A stretch of 63,003 nt of DNA, the filler included, from Folioceros fuciformis (Eukaryota), in NCBI GenBank assembly GCA_049999805.1. It is 3 parts of 3 records of this genome, joined end to end, with 100 filler letters (N's around TTAATTAATTAA, not from the genome) between each part and the next. Parts side by side here need not be neighbours in the genome. Positions count along the whole stretch, not along the records: positions 19,661 to 51,148 come from JBNGIO010003096.1; 2 more parts are not named here. One strand, given 5' to 3'. The position numbers were made by a program, and so were the translations under genes. Of the stretch, positions 36,961-49,039 are shown one piece after another. Below the pieces are notes generated by a model that saw only the letters and a list, made by a program, of their open reading frames with translations, was not told where the DNA came from and ran no database searches. Within the stretch, counting starts at the first letter, position 1. Every line of letters starts with the position of its first letter.

Positions 36961-38929
36961 CAAGCAAGAGAAGATTGTCTCTACAAGCAAGAGAAGATTG
37001 TCTTAGTCCTGTCACGACAATCCTTTGACATAGTTATTTGCATGAGCTAGACCCACTTACAAAACCGCCCCTTAAAATGCGTCATTAAATAAGAAGCGAG
37101 TGCCGCTCGGTAGGCGCCCCCCTCACCTGCCGTCCTGCATGCGTGCTACGAACTCTGTGCATTTCAATGCCGCTTGTAGGATCACATGCTCAGGGATTCC
37201 GATCATACATCGATCCGATGTATACTACGAATGGTGTAGCTTTTCGTCAAGAGGGTCTACCCTGTACTAAGGGGGGCAGGACATTCACCCCCTTGCAACT
37301 TTCTCGCGTTATTATTATAAGCTTCAGCAGCCTACTAAATAATTGCTTGGTAATGTAGATTTACGCATATATATATAAAATAGATAAAATTATAAAGTAC
37401 ATTTAGAAAAATTATAGGTTCTTTGTTTAGCTCAGCATAAACCAGCTATATAAATTGAATTTAAGCTAGGATACAACTTTTTTTGTTGGTTTTCGACTTT
37501 TGAGGGTTCTATTGACTATACCCGATGATTGATTGCAATTCTTTTATCCTTCCTTGTCAAGTATATAAAAATATTGTGTCTAGTTCAATAGAAATACTAC
37601 GAAGATCCCAATCTTACTACTCTAAGAGGTATGTACTTAAATGACATACCTCAAGAAAAAGATGCCTTTGGAGAAAGGAGCTATATGTCCTAATGGTAAA
37701 AATTATAAAATAATAAGTCCTGGCAAATAGCCAGGCTTCCTATGCTACATAAGTAGCAAGTCCTATGACGAAAATCCATCCTCCGAAGTCTCCAATTCGT
37801 ACCTATTGGCAATGACCTGGAACAAGCATGAAAATGGAGATAAAAAAGAATGGCGAAGAAGCATATACCATTTTGTCGATCTCCAGGTTTGGTAGAGTTA
37901 TCGTCACAGTTGGCAAGCGATGCCAGTGGCGCCGGCCCCGGCCATGGCATGACCGCAATATCGGAGCATGTGGAGGGATGTGTGGCCGCAGGTGGCAGGT
38001 GCTGCTTACGTTATCTGCGCGGTGCATGTGCATTCTATATGTGCCACATTCTCTCACCACCCCGGTCTGTGTGGAGGCTTTCCTCATATATGAAGGGTCA
38101 ATTTGGAGTGCACATCACAAGCATGAGAGGAGTCACTCAAGAGCTCGTTGCCCACTTGTGCAGTTCGATAACGTACATATCAGCACCATGGCAGACAAAG
38201 GGCGCTCGCTCCCTGACTTTCTGTCATCAACACCACTGAGCTGCATCTCACGAATCCCATCTAAAATCCAAAATCCCTGCGGTCAGTAAGTCTCTGGATT
38301 TGAACGTAGGGCCGGTCCAAGGCCAAGCCCAGACTACAAGGCACGTATCACCCACGACTGGGCCCGCGCCTAGCCCAGTCCTGGAGGTGGGAGCTCGGCC
38401 TCGGCGGTGGGAGCCGAGCTCCCACGACGAGCCCAGTCCCCCCGAGGCCGAGCCCTCTTGGAGGTGGGAGCCAAGCCTCGAGGCCAATTGGAGGTGGGGG
38501 CCAAGCTGGGGCTGACTGGGCAATTAGCCCCAGGATTCTTGCAATGGTCGCTTTAGGGCAGGTCCCCGGAGCGCTCTGCAACAAGAATCAAAATCTATGA
38601 TATTTGCAACAATACCCCCCAACATAGGAATAAAAAAAATGGGCAGCCCCCTTTAGCATGCCATTGCGCCACTCGAAACGCTCCGTGCTGTGTGACTGAG
38701 AATTCGCAAGAAAACGTCAAAAATGTGTAGGTGTACGCCCCTTCAACATACTTTACAAGGCAGACGAAAAGTTTGTGCCCACGGACAACTTCACCTATGC
38801 TCCTGTAGTCTGTCAGCGTTGCTATTGTTGTTACATGATCAGCATGGACAATACCCAGCACACTGTGTCTGCCCAATTGATCTGAACCTCAGTCGGCCAT
38901 AAACGATGGCCGCACGAGCGATGGAATCC

Positions 38930-41089
38930 TCAGTCTTCCGGGGTCTCCTTCAGCAAGAGCGAGCTCGAGATAGCATTAGGCAGCGACTGCACCCTGCTTC
39001 CGGTGGTTACTGCCTGCAACGGTGTAGCATCCGCAGCAAAGGGGAGCAGTGGGTCTTGGTCCTTCAGCCGCTGTAGCGTAAACTTGTAAACCATCCTTTC
39101 GTTCAACCCTTTCTCGAAAGAGCGCTCGACTATCTCATATAACCCATCATAAGTATACATAACACCCGACGGACTTCTGACACAGGCGTGCCCTCTGATG
39201 ACGCGGATGGGGATTTCCAATTTGTGGCTGTTCCACAATGCCAGATTACCCCTGACCAATTTCTGATCCGACGCCTCCTTTCCGCGGCCGACGAGCCCTC
39301 CTTGTCCCGTGTACACCACCGTCTCGCCATTGTCCACATCATCTTTGTACACCTTGTCTTTTCCGATTACGACACTGGTAGCATACGCCTCCTTGCGTTT
39401 CGAGTCCTTCTCTGGCACGTAACCAATACCAGCGCGAATATGTCGATGCAATCCAATAACGCACAGATATATACGGAAGGGGAATGCGTCACCCACGCGC
39501 ACTCCTTTAATATGTCCTTCCACATCACTGAAGTTGAGCCAGAGTCCTTTGTGCCTCATGAACTGGGCGGCCTTCAAATCTGGTCTCCTGATCGATACTG
39601 CCTTTTCCTCACATTCCTTTTGGATCAACGTCCGAACCCTATCGAAATTCTCCCGGGTCGTCTCAACGACCAGTCGGAATGCATCTTCCGCTGTAACCTC
39701 GTTCTCCGTCTCCAGCTTCGGCAAGCGAATGGCACGGTCCAGCGAGCCTTCCTCTAGCATCCTGTCCAATGTAGAAAGTTGAGAGACCACTGGTGCAGGA
39801 GATCCACTAACAACAATATCCTTGGGCTTCCTGGGGAGACTTTCTTCAAGCGGCGCCGGTACATCAAGATCGGAGTTGCCTTCGGACATGGAAGCCCGCT
39901 GGATGAATCTTCCTTCCCTCCCCTTGAGAAGACGCCTGGCCTTTCTTGCGTAGCACAGAGGCCCTTGAGAAACAGTATTGGCAGCAGGATTTGTTGGAGC
40001 TGGAAGACACGGAACTGTAGGCTCCACCGATGGCTCGTCTGCAACGAGACCACCAGAAGGTGCCATCACAACGGCACTACTGCTTGGGTCTCTTGCAGCC
40101 GAATCCGAGACAAGACCTTCCAGCGTCTTCAGCAAATGGGAGGCAGTCTCAACCGGAGAGCGGAGAGGAGACGATGGAGGACTGGCACGAGAAACCGTGT
40201 CACTTGGAACGTCTATCACCTCCTCTTTACATACGACTGAGCTCTTCACCGCAAGCGGCTGAGGGCTAGGTGATACCCCTGCCGCATCTGCATCCTTCGT
40301 GTGGCATTGACACACGCCATCGACAATCATCCCGTCACACAGGTGATCCAGCAGACAGCCATCTTCGTAGTCCTCGTCCTCCTCCAACTCAATGTCATCT
40401 TCATATAAAATTTCGGGCTTCTCTGTTTTCACCTCCACCAGTTCCGTCTTGACAGTACTGCACGGAACTTGAATATTCATGGTCTGTGTCTTGACAACAT
40501 CAGAGATAGTCACAGGTTCCGGCTTGACACAACTTGGATATGTCGGCAATGGAGGAGGAGGACTCAATGGGACGTAATCTGGGGCCCAGATGCTGGACAC
40601 TGGTTCTTCCATTTTACAGACAAACGATACGCTAGGTGAAGCATAAGAAGGCAGGGAGTAGGAAGGCAGTGGACAAGCTGTTGCCACAACATGATTGACA
40701 CGTTGAGAGAGAGGGGACGCAGACAGATGAGAAACAGCAGGGAACTGGAACTGGAACTGGAGGGACCCTTGAAGAGGCGCAGGCGGTGGCATCTGTAGTG
40801 TTGACAGGGGGGACTGGAAGGGTAAAGAAGGATACGATGGAACTGATAAGTATGAAGGAGCCTGGTGAAGAGACGAGATTGAAGTGTACTGAGGGGAAGG
40901 AGGCTGAGGGTGACTATAAAGAACTAAGTTCGGCGGAGCACGAGCATGAAGAAATGGCACAGCGTAAGCCCTGCCAGTCGCTGACCCGTAACCATTGCAG
41001 TAGGGGGGGATACTCCGCCACCTATCCGGCACACCTTGCTGCCGCGCCAACGCTGCGGCAGCAGATTCTTGGTCCCTACTTTGCTCCAT
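38930..41089 (-). CDS. Intronless SRA/YDG-domain protein (SUVH-like) lacking pre-SET/SET
   Basis: RRPDLKAA followed by the SRA domain GHIKGVRVGDAFPFR...GLH...AGI...YKDDVDNGETVVYTGQGG...DQKLVRGNLAL...IRVIRG...YTYDGLY...YKFTLQR. The ORF stops about 40 aa later. The N-terminus is long, disordered and Pro/Ser-rich. Confidence 0.88.
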   Translation of the reverse strand: MEQSRDQESAAAALARQQGVPDRWRSIPPYCNGYGSATGRAYAVPFLHARAPPNLVLYSHPQPPSPQYTSISSLHQAPSYLSVPSYPSLPFQSPLSTLQMPPPAPLQGSLQFQFQFPAVSHLSASPLSQRVNHVVATACPLPSYSLPSYASPSVSFVCKMEEPVSSIWAPDYVPLSPPPPLPTYPSCVKPEPVTISDVVKTQTMNIQVPCSTVKTELVEVKTEKPEILYEDDIELEEDEDYEDGCLLDHLCDGMIVDGVCQCHTKDADAAGVSPSPQPLAVKSSVVCKEEVIDVPSDTVSRASPPSSPLRSPVETASHLLKTLEGLVSDSAARDPSSSAVVMAPSGGLVADEPSVEPTVPCLPAPTNPAANTVSQGPLCYARKARRLLKGREGRFIQRASMSEGNSDLDVPAPLEESLPRKPKDIVVSGSPAPVVSQLSTLDRMLEEGSLDRAIRLPKLETENEVTAEDAFRLVVETTRENFDRVRTLIQKECEEKAVSIRRPDLKAAQFMRHKGLWLNFSDVEGHIKGVRVGDAFPFRIYLCVIGLHRHIRAGIGYVPEKDSKRKEAYATSVVIGKDKVYKDDVDNGETVVYTGQGGLVGRGKEASDQKLVRGNLALWNSHKLEIPIRVIRGHACVRSPSGVMYTYDGLYEIVERSFEKGLNERMVYKFTLQRLKDQDPLLPFAADATPLQAVTTGSRVQSLPNAISSSLLLKETPED

Positions 41090-41700
41090 ACCCAAAACCT
41101 AACGGACCTTCTTGAAAACTCAAGCAGGAGCGCGGAGCAGGTAGCGGAGCACAGGCCGCTGGCAACACTTCCTCTCACTCTCCATGCTTCCTGGTGCAGG
41201 TCTGTCACACAAAAATTTCAGAAACAAGTACGAGTTGACAGCAGAGCAACTCTTTCGTCCGTGATCGCCCCCAATTGGCCAAGAAACGGCCACAAGCCGC
41301 AGACAATAGACATTGACGGCGGGGAGCAAGAACCTACCGTAATTGCCTCACATAACGCGGCAAGGAGATGGTCACATGAGGCAAGGGAGCGGCGCCGCCA
41401 AGGAGGCGCCCCGCCGTGATGCGCTGCAGGAGGCGCACATTGGCGCAAGATACGAGTCGCAGCGTAGAGCGCTAAGAGACGGAGACGCGGGCACCACGCA
41501 GGGGGGGCCTTCAGCGCTGATGGCCGCACCGAACAGAACCGGCAAAAAGTTCCCTTCACAGACGCTGCTCCAGAAAGTCCCCGAAGCTTGCAACAAGAGT
41601 GGTTAGAGGATCGAAAAGTGCACTCTCTACATTTTGATAAGCGAATGGCCAAACGCCTATGAGTTCCACTTGTCGCCATCACGGTACTGGTCACCCAGAA

Positions 41701-41900
41701 CATCCCGCTCCTGTTCAAATGTGGATCGGCCTAATTTCAATCGCTTATAACACTTTTCATGTACACAGGACAGTAGAGTTTAACTTACAATTTATTATGT
41801 TTAATGGGTCTCTCCCGGAGTCTCCTTAGGGGTATCAGGGTTCCGTTCACCCTAAACGTCCCGCTCCTGTTCAAATTTGGATCGGCCTATTTTCAATCGC
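41701..41900. repeat. Pair of 44-bp direct repeats 156 bp apart
   Basis: CATCCCGCTCCTGTTCAAATGTGGATCGGCCTAATTTCAATCGC at 41701 versus CGTCCCGCTCCTGTTCAAATTTGGATCGGCCTATTTTCAATCGC at 41857. Confidence 0.85.
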
Positions 41901-44229
41901 GTACTACAGCCTGTACGTTCATAGGATAGTACAGTCTACCTTATATTTTACATATAAAAATTATATAAGCCAGTATATTATATTTTAAATAATATAATAC
42001 TTATAAATATCAAAATTCTTACATTAGTTATATAGAAATTATATAAATGAATATAAAATTTATTATAAGAAAACAAGATGACAAACCTCATGCATTCCTT
42101 ATATAGGTAAAGAAGAAAAATCTCATCCACAATAAGTTTTCTAAAATTATTTATTATTTATTTAAATAAAAATTAAATATTTAGAGAAGAGTTAACTCAC
42201 CTTAATTTAAGAATAATTGAATGATTTAAGAAGACTATATTTTGGTATATGGAATACACTAATGGACACACCAACCATATAAACATATTTTTTTATAAAT
42301 CTTCTTTATAACTTTTTACATGAATATAAGGACACAACCCTTTTTTTTTAAAGGGTTCATGTGACACACCGTGATTATTAAAGATAGGGCTTAAATACAT
42401 ATAAGAAAAATCTAGCAAACACATCCATCTTGCCACAAAGGAGAAGGCTAGCATGCATAAACTACTCCACACCCTGCTAGTGTGGAGTAGTTTATGCATG
42501 CAAGCCTTCTGTTGGTACCTCCTTCTACTGTGTGTCAGCCTTGTGTGCCACGAGAAGCACGTCACTGTGGGCGCACAAGCGTGTCATCCTCCTCCTCTTT
42601 AGGCAAGCACAACTCAGAGTAAGATAGTTCTTGCTGCTGCTTGCCCACTCTCCTCGCTAGCAGCACACTAGATGTTGGATTGCAATTTGCATAACCACTC
42701 TAGCATTTATCTTGACCTACACCATTACCTGGAGTGCCCCGGGGACCTCCTCGGCCACCTCTTGTGTGTCTGGCAATACTCACCTCCATCATATCTAGCT
42801 CCATTTGCAGAACACGGCGTTCCTTCCCCCATAGCTAGGTCTGGCAAGCCTTCTTCTCAACTGCTGCTTCCAAATGACATTGAGGTACCTCCACCATTAG
42901 AATTGGTCATTTTCACCGTACGAGGCCTTCTATGGATTGTCCCCGACGGCCTAGTTCTATGTACTTCCTACGATCCTAACCATGACCATTGGGGTTGGCT
43001 CTCGTGCCATTGTAGCTTCAACATGTGCCAGGTCTGATGCAGCAGGCACTACACCTTGCTCGACCATGCTTGCTTTTTAGGTTTGCATGTTGGTGCTTGT
43101 ATGGAGGCAACCCTTGAGGTGTGGACAAAGAGCTGAACGTGCGGAAGGGGAGACTCGATTGCAGCCAATTGAGTGGCGATGGACATGAATACATGAAGGG
43201 GGCATCCCCTTGAGCTCCACAAATGAAACCCTAAGCGCACAGTGGTGTGGAGATAGACAAAATAGTTGCCAAGGACATCCCCTTCAGCAGCACACATAGC
43301 ACCCTATGCAGCCAGGGGTGTGGAGACATACGGAAGTGAGCGCTTAGGAGACATCCTTGTGTGCTCTTCCTAGGAGACATCCTTGTGTGCTCTTCCTAGT
43401 ACTGAATGAAACGAGATGGGACCCCTAAACCCTAAAAAACATTAGATGTGACAGAGTGATTAGGATGGTTCGGAAACAAAATCATATGACAGCCACTGAA
43501 AAATTAGAATGTCCCCACTATTCGCTAGGTTGTCTGTATCATGACACCCACACGACTACCTACTATCGATGAGGGCATGTTTGAAACGTTCGGAATTTTG
43601 GACCCTATATGAAGGGGCAAAATATTTTATGAAAGAGCCCTTGACCATATCTATGGAATACCAATGCGGACAGCAACTACAGACTCATGTTTTTTTGTTG
43701 GAATACGTATTTTATACACAAATATTCCATGGCATCTAAGGAATATTCCTCTGCTCTACCTTGCTACATCATCCAATCCTACGTACACATCGTATAGCAA
43801 ATTTTTTTAAATATCTCTAACCTCTTTGTGGACTGAAAGGGACATAGTCTTTAAAGAATTGTCCGAGTCCGCGTCCGCGTCCTCGCTGTCTCCAGACGAG
43901 GCGCTGCATGATGGGCAGCTCCAAGTGCAGTTCCAGCAGCAAGAGTGCCTATGGGTAGAGCAAGCACAGCATCTATAGAAGCAGGATTTCGGAACTTCCA
44001 GCGGCTCAGCGGCTTGCGCCCTAGTCTACTGCCCTCGTTCTTCGTGCCCGTGCCCTTCTCGCTGACCGTGGGCGCCTCCTTCTCGCAGCTCTATGGTTCG
44101 GGATGGATGGTGCATGGCGGGTGCGAAATCAAATCTGCGACGGCGGGCATGCCGGGCCCAAGCTGGATGCAGGAGTTGGGCTCCGCAAGCGGAGCGGCCG
44201 GCCAGCTGCTGCTACAGGGCTTGCCTCAC

Positions 44230-44261
44230 AAAGTAGGTGTCCCGATCGGGACACCTACTTT
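44230..44261. other. Perfect 32-bp palindrome
   Basis: AAAGTAGGTGTCCCGA|TCGGGACACCTACTTT. Confidence 0.95.
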
Positions 44262-46935
44262 ATGCCCTATGATCGAAGTGGGCACAAACGTTATGTCTTA
44301 TATCTTTGCACCGTATACCGCCGCCCTAAAATTTTTATGAAAGAACCCGTGTCCATATTGGTATTCCATATATATCACTATTCCATAGGCGTTTTATTAT
44401 TCAAAATTCATTAATTAAAAAATTATTTTATATTAAAAATAATAACCTAAGAAAATTTTGTTACATCCAAGAAAAACATTTCCAAATTATACTCTGTTAA
44501 TCTGGCCTTAAAAATCAGAAGTTTAAGAAATCAATAAATCACTCATAATGGCTAAGATATTTTAGCCACGACAAAGCTTTTGTCTATGATATGCTTTTGC
44601 ACAATCCTTCATTAACCTAGAAAAATCCTTTCCACTGGGGGATGAAAACTCTAAGACTTGAGCAAGAACTGCTATTTGAGTATGAAGTAATTAACTCATA
44701 AAATATATTTAAATAAAAATGAAAAAAAAATAGTTTTTTAATCTTTAAATTTAGGGTTTAGTTATTCCCGTGGCTATGCTCTTATTAGGTTGGTAGTTTT
44801 AAACAGGCAAGTTTTCCATGTGCACGACCGCAGGGCGTGATGTCTATGTACACTGCATATGCACTTGTTTCGTGGTCACTCTGAAATGGCACAGACGCAG
44901 TGCACAGCCGAACCATCGTTCATTAATCCACTTAAATTCGAGCACGGAAATGTATGGCACCGCCATTAATTCGGAGAGGAAGCAAAACAGGACGAAGCGT
45001 GCCACACTCCCACTCCCACTCCCACGAACTCGAGTGTGCCCCATTTTCACTCGAACAAACTTGAGGTATCTGGTGCCAGTGCCACTATGTGTGGATGGAT
45101 GGATACTGGGAGTCCTAGAGGATGCTCTTCCACTCAAATCACACCACCTCCTGGAAAACAACTGGAGTGCACTCTCGTCAAGGTGGTGAGAAACCACCTC
45201 TCCTCACCCAATAAGATGCATGCTTCCTAATCGCATCCCTCGCCACTACGCACCTACTCAGTGTCAGGGTGAGCTTAATCATCCAAACAAGCATCCCAGA
45301 TGAGGACCCACCACTGGCACTGAGCTCTCAGCTCTCAGCACCCGCCCCATGGACAGCATTCGAGAAATGAAAGTGGCGAGATGTGTATGTACTTCGTGCG
45401 GAAGTTAGACTCGGTACCTGGTACCAGAGGTGGGTGGGGAGAACTGGGGCCCATGGTTGCTTGGGTAGTGAAGCTCGGACTGGGAGCCGTAGGCGTGAGG
45501 GTGATGGACCTGCAGGCCCGCACTCTCTTTCTGTCTGTGCAGTTATCAATGGTGACAACTCTGTGTGGGTGAGGGAATTACTTGATGCTAGTTCTGTCTG
45601 CTGCTCCCCTTCATTGCGTTTGTCTGTGTTGTTCCCGAACCAGGGGTCCTCCTGTAGTCGTAAAGGTTGGCCAAGCGCTCGTGTTTGATTTTGTTCGTTT
45701 AGGCTACATGGTCATCATTGAGAGTATGCTCGAACAGTTAACGGCGGATGAGTGAGAGTATGCTCCGTTAACCCTTCAGAACCATCATTTTCGAGTTCCC
45801 TGCTTTTCGCGTTCGGGCAATTGAAACTGTACGCTGATGCATTTTCCAGAGAAGCGGGAAAGAGAAACAGCATTCTGCTCTTCAGTAGGAAGTCGCTACG
45901 GGGCAGGATTAGTTTGTGGAATCATAGATAGACCTGGGCTGAAGGAGGCGGAAGATCTTACAACTTTTTCAAGTCTGGTAGGCCTGTGTTTTGGATTGTG
46001 GCTGGAGCTGGTTGCTTGTTCCCACCGAGGCTGGCTATGGAAAATGGCTTATCATGTGAGGTGGTAAGCCTTAATTTGCTTTCAACTGTCTGAGCTACTG
46101 AATGGGTGGTCTAACGCTGAAACAAGATGGGGTGTCCATAATTCGTTCGGATTGCAAGGGGTCGGCCTGTTGTTGAGTTCTATCCACACAGTCCAGATTG
46201 TCTCAAGCTGACGTCGTTGCGTTCTGCGAATGAGTTAAATGACGCACTTTCGAGACTGAACGGATAGACATGCCAGCTTCCAGTCACTTTGTATATGTAT
46301 TTAGTGTGGGTTGTGACATCGACCTTTGTGCAGCCTCCGAGAAATACTGTCAGCAGTCGCATGATGTCTAGGGAATCGGACGCGGTTCATCGTAACATGA
46401 TAATCTGAAACCGGTTCGGTTGATTGCCAAGGCGTGACAATGTGTACTAGCCTTGCATGTTGAAACCACCGGCACCCATCATTTCTACATCCCTGATCAC
46501 TTGGCACGCTTGAGAAGTTGGTGTCGTATGGGAGACAGTACACCCTCAAGCAGTGAGCCTTGTTTTGGAGGAGCTTGAAGTTCTTTCTTCATTTGCAGGA
46601 CCCTCTGATTGTCCTGTGCAATTTATGGATGAAGCTCCGTGATTGAGGATGTGGAGAGGAGGGATATGCATTGCTCAGCGTCTGCGTTCACCTAGATGTC
46701 ATTGAAGCTAAGTTCACGATCAGAACGGATATGACAGAACACCGGAAACATGCACAGACGATTACAAATGATCGAGAGATCAAAATGAACTTCCACCTGC
46801 AGTCGACTATTGACATCGTGACGGCTCACGTACAGGAGGCAACAGGAACGGGGTGCCTGGATGGACAGGAGAGAGGTAGCTATCGACAGGAGGCAGGGAT
46901 AGACAGCCGACACACCTTCAAGCAAAAGAAGCAAC

Positions 46936-48701
46936 TTAGTTGACGAGAACTTCATCGATCAAGTGGCGCTGGAACCGGGGCAGTTGGTCGGGCGTGAGCC
47001 CCAAACCCAGGACAACGCTTCCTTGGCGGGAGTCGGACCTGGATCCCCTGGCAATCTGCACGGGAGTTTCCACCTGTCCCGGAGGCCTGACGGGGGTGAA
47101 GAAGTGAGGAACTCCCCACCCGAAATCCACATCTTCAAACGGCAGCCCCCTCCAGTCGGTGATCACCGTGGTGGATTGGGGATCCGACACCAGCTGCGAA
47201 AGGTCCATCGCACCCTCTAGAGATTCCAGCATGTGGCGCACAAAGGCGTCGTCGACGCTGGACTTGGCCTGCTGCACCAGGCTGACAATCTGAGGGAGGG
47301 AGAGATTCCGAGTGAGGTCGTCTGCGGAGCAACGGGCCGTCGCCGTCCACAGCCCGTTGCCGATGTAGGTCGAAGGAAGGGGCGGCACGACGCGCGGCCG
47401 GAAATCGACCGTGAAGCGGAGGCTCAGGACGGCAGATGGATCCGCGAAGCCCACTGCCCTGGCCCGGGACCGCCAGATGTGGGCTGCCAGTACGTCGAAG
47501 GTGGAGAATCTGTCCAGCTGGTCGCTGTTGCGCACCTCCTCTTTGAGCGAGTTGATCACCTTGCCCGGGAGCGTGACTTTGAAGTACACAATCTCGGACG
47601 CTAGGATGGCGGATCCGGAGTGCTGCAGTGCAGACAATTCCGGTTCCTCATCATCTCGATCTGGGTGGTGGTGAAGCTCGGACTCCAAGTCCGATTCCGA
47701 CCCGGATCTCGATCCCGATCCAGATTCCGACTCCGACGTCGAAGTCGACGTCTCCGTGTCCGCCCAGACGGTGCGCACGAGATCGCTGTACTCGCCCTCG
47801 TGCACGTCGGTGTGGGCGACATGCCTGATCCCCAGGTCGGGGTGCTTCCTCTTGTCGTACAGAATGCTGCCGTCCATGAGAGGCACGGGGAGCTGGGAGG
47901 CAGGAACGCCCCTGCAGATCGCGGACCAGGTGTTGAGGAGCAGGTAGGCGGAGATGCCGTCCGCGATGCAGTGCGAGTTGGCCATGCCTAGAGCGAATCC
48001 GCCACAGGAGAATCGGGTGACCTGCAGACAAGGCATTCGACGCAGAGCGGCGGCGTCAGGCCAATCATCCGGACCACCCTGGGCCGTTTAGATTTCAGTC
48101 CATGCCGTGCGGCCCGGCCACGGTCATGTTCCACACACCGTTCACAACCAGATACAGTCCATACCTGAGCGAGGAAGAGTGGAACGCGCGAGACTGGAGC
48201 GCCCGGCGGCGACAGCAAATGCATGGGCAGGAAATGGCGGTAAAGGTCGTAGACAGGCTTGTCACCAAAGTGGGCGAAGTCGGTCACTGCCATGGCGACG
48301 GAGGCCTCCACCATGGGCGCGCCCTGGTTGCAGCACGCAACCTCCAGCTTCCCGGTGTCGGGATTGGGCTGTAGGCTCCCGGCGAGGACGTCCCACGTGC
48401 ACATGAGCTTCCCTAGCCCGTCTTTGAGCCTGCCGTAGGCCTCGTCTCCCCCATGGCTGTAGATGAAGACGGTGAAGACGGGGATGGTGAGCAGCCTGTC
48501 AATGCTGGAGAGCGGGATGATGCGCTTGGGAGGCACCGGGACCGTGTGGTAGGCCTTGGGGAACACCAATTCCGCCTTCTTCCGGCGCACATTTGGTGGC
48601 ACGCGTTCGCCGCCGCCATCTCTGGCCTGCGGTTGCAGCATCTCAGAGTCTTTGCCAGTCTGCCGCTCGCCCGGATGTTCGCACTCCACTCCCATCTTCA
48701 T
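46936..48701 (-). CDS. BAHD acyltransferase; exons 48701-48165, 48021-46936
   Basis: PLFLAQ|VTRFSCGGFALG with the conserved phase-0 intron after Q, catalytic HCIAD (HXXXD), FSTFDVLAAHIWR, YIGN and DVDFGWG. Confidence 0.95.
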
Positions 48702-49039
48702 GTCTTCAACCTCGGCTACCCTGTGGAGCTCTCAATGCTGCTGCTGCTGCTGACGCCCTGTTCTTGTAGTCGTCTCTCGATTGCGCTGCGTTGCCTGGCG
48801 CGATATGGGAGGAGGCAAGGCCTGAGTCCTAAAGCGTGTTCGGCTTGGCGTTCGGGTGTCCCCAGGAGCATCGGCGGCCGCCTCTAAATCCCCACCCGTC
48901 CAGTTGCTCCCACGTGACTGAATTTTACGATTATTTGTCGGGTTATGAAGCTGGTTCCAACTGTTCTAGGCTACAGCTACCGAGTCCACTGTGGGGCCCG
49001 AGCGCGACGGGCAAGCAGGAAACAGACCACTGCGATGGA

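Noticed and set aside
37690-38876. ORFs downstream of the SRA gene as possible SET-domain exons
   Set aside because: No pre-SET cysteine cluster or SET motifs (GWG, NHSC, ELxYDY) seen in the minus-strand ORFs.
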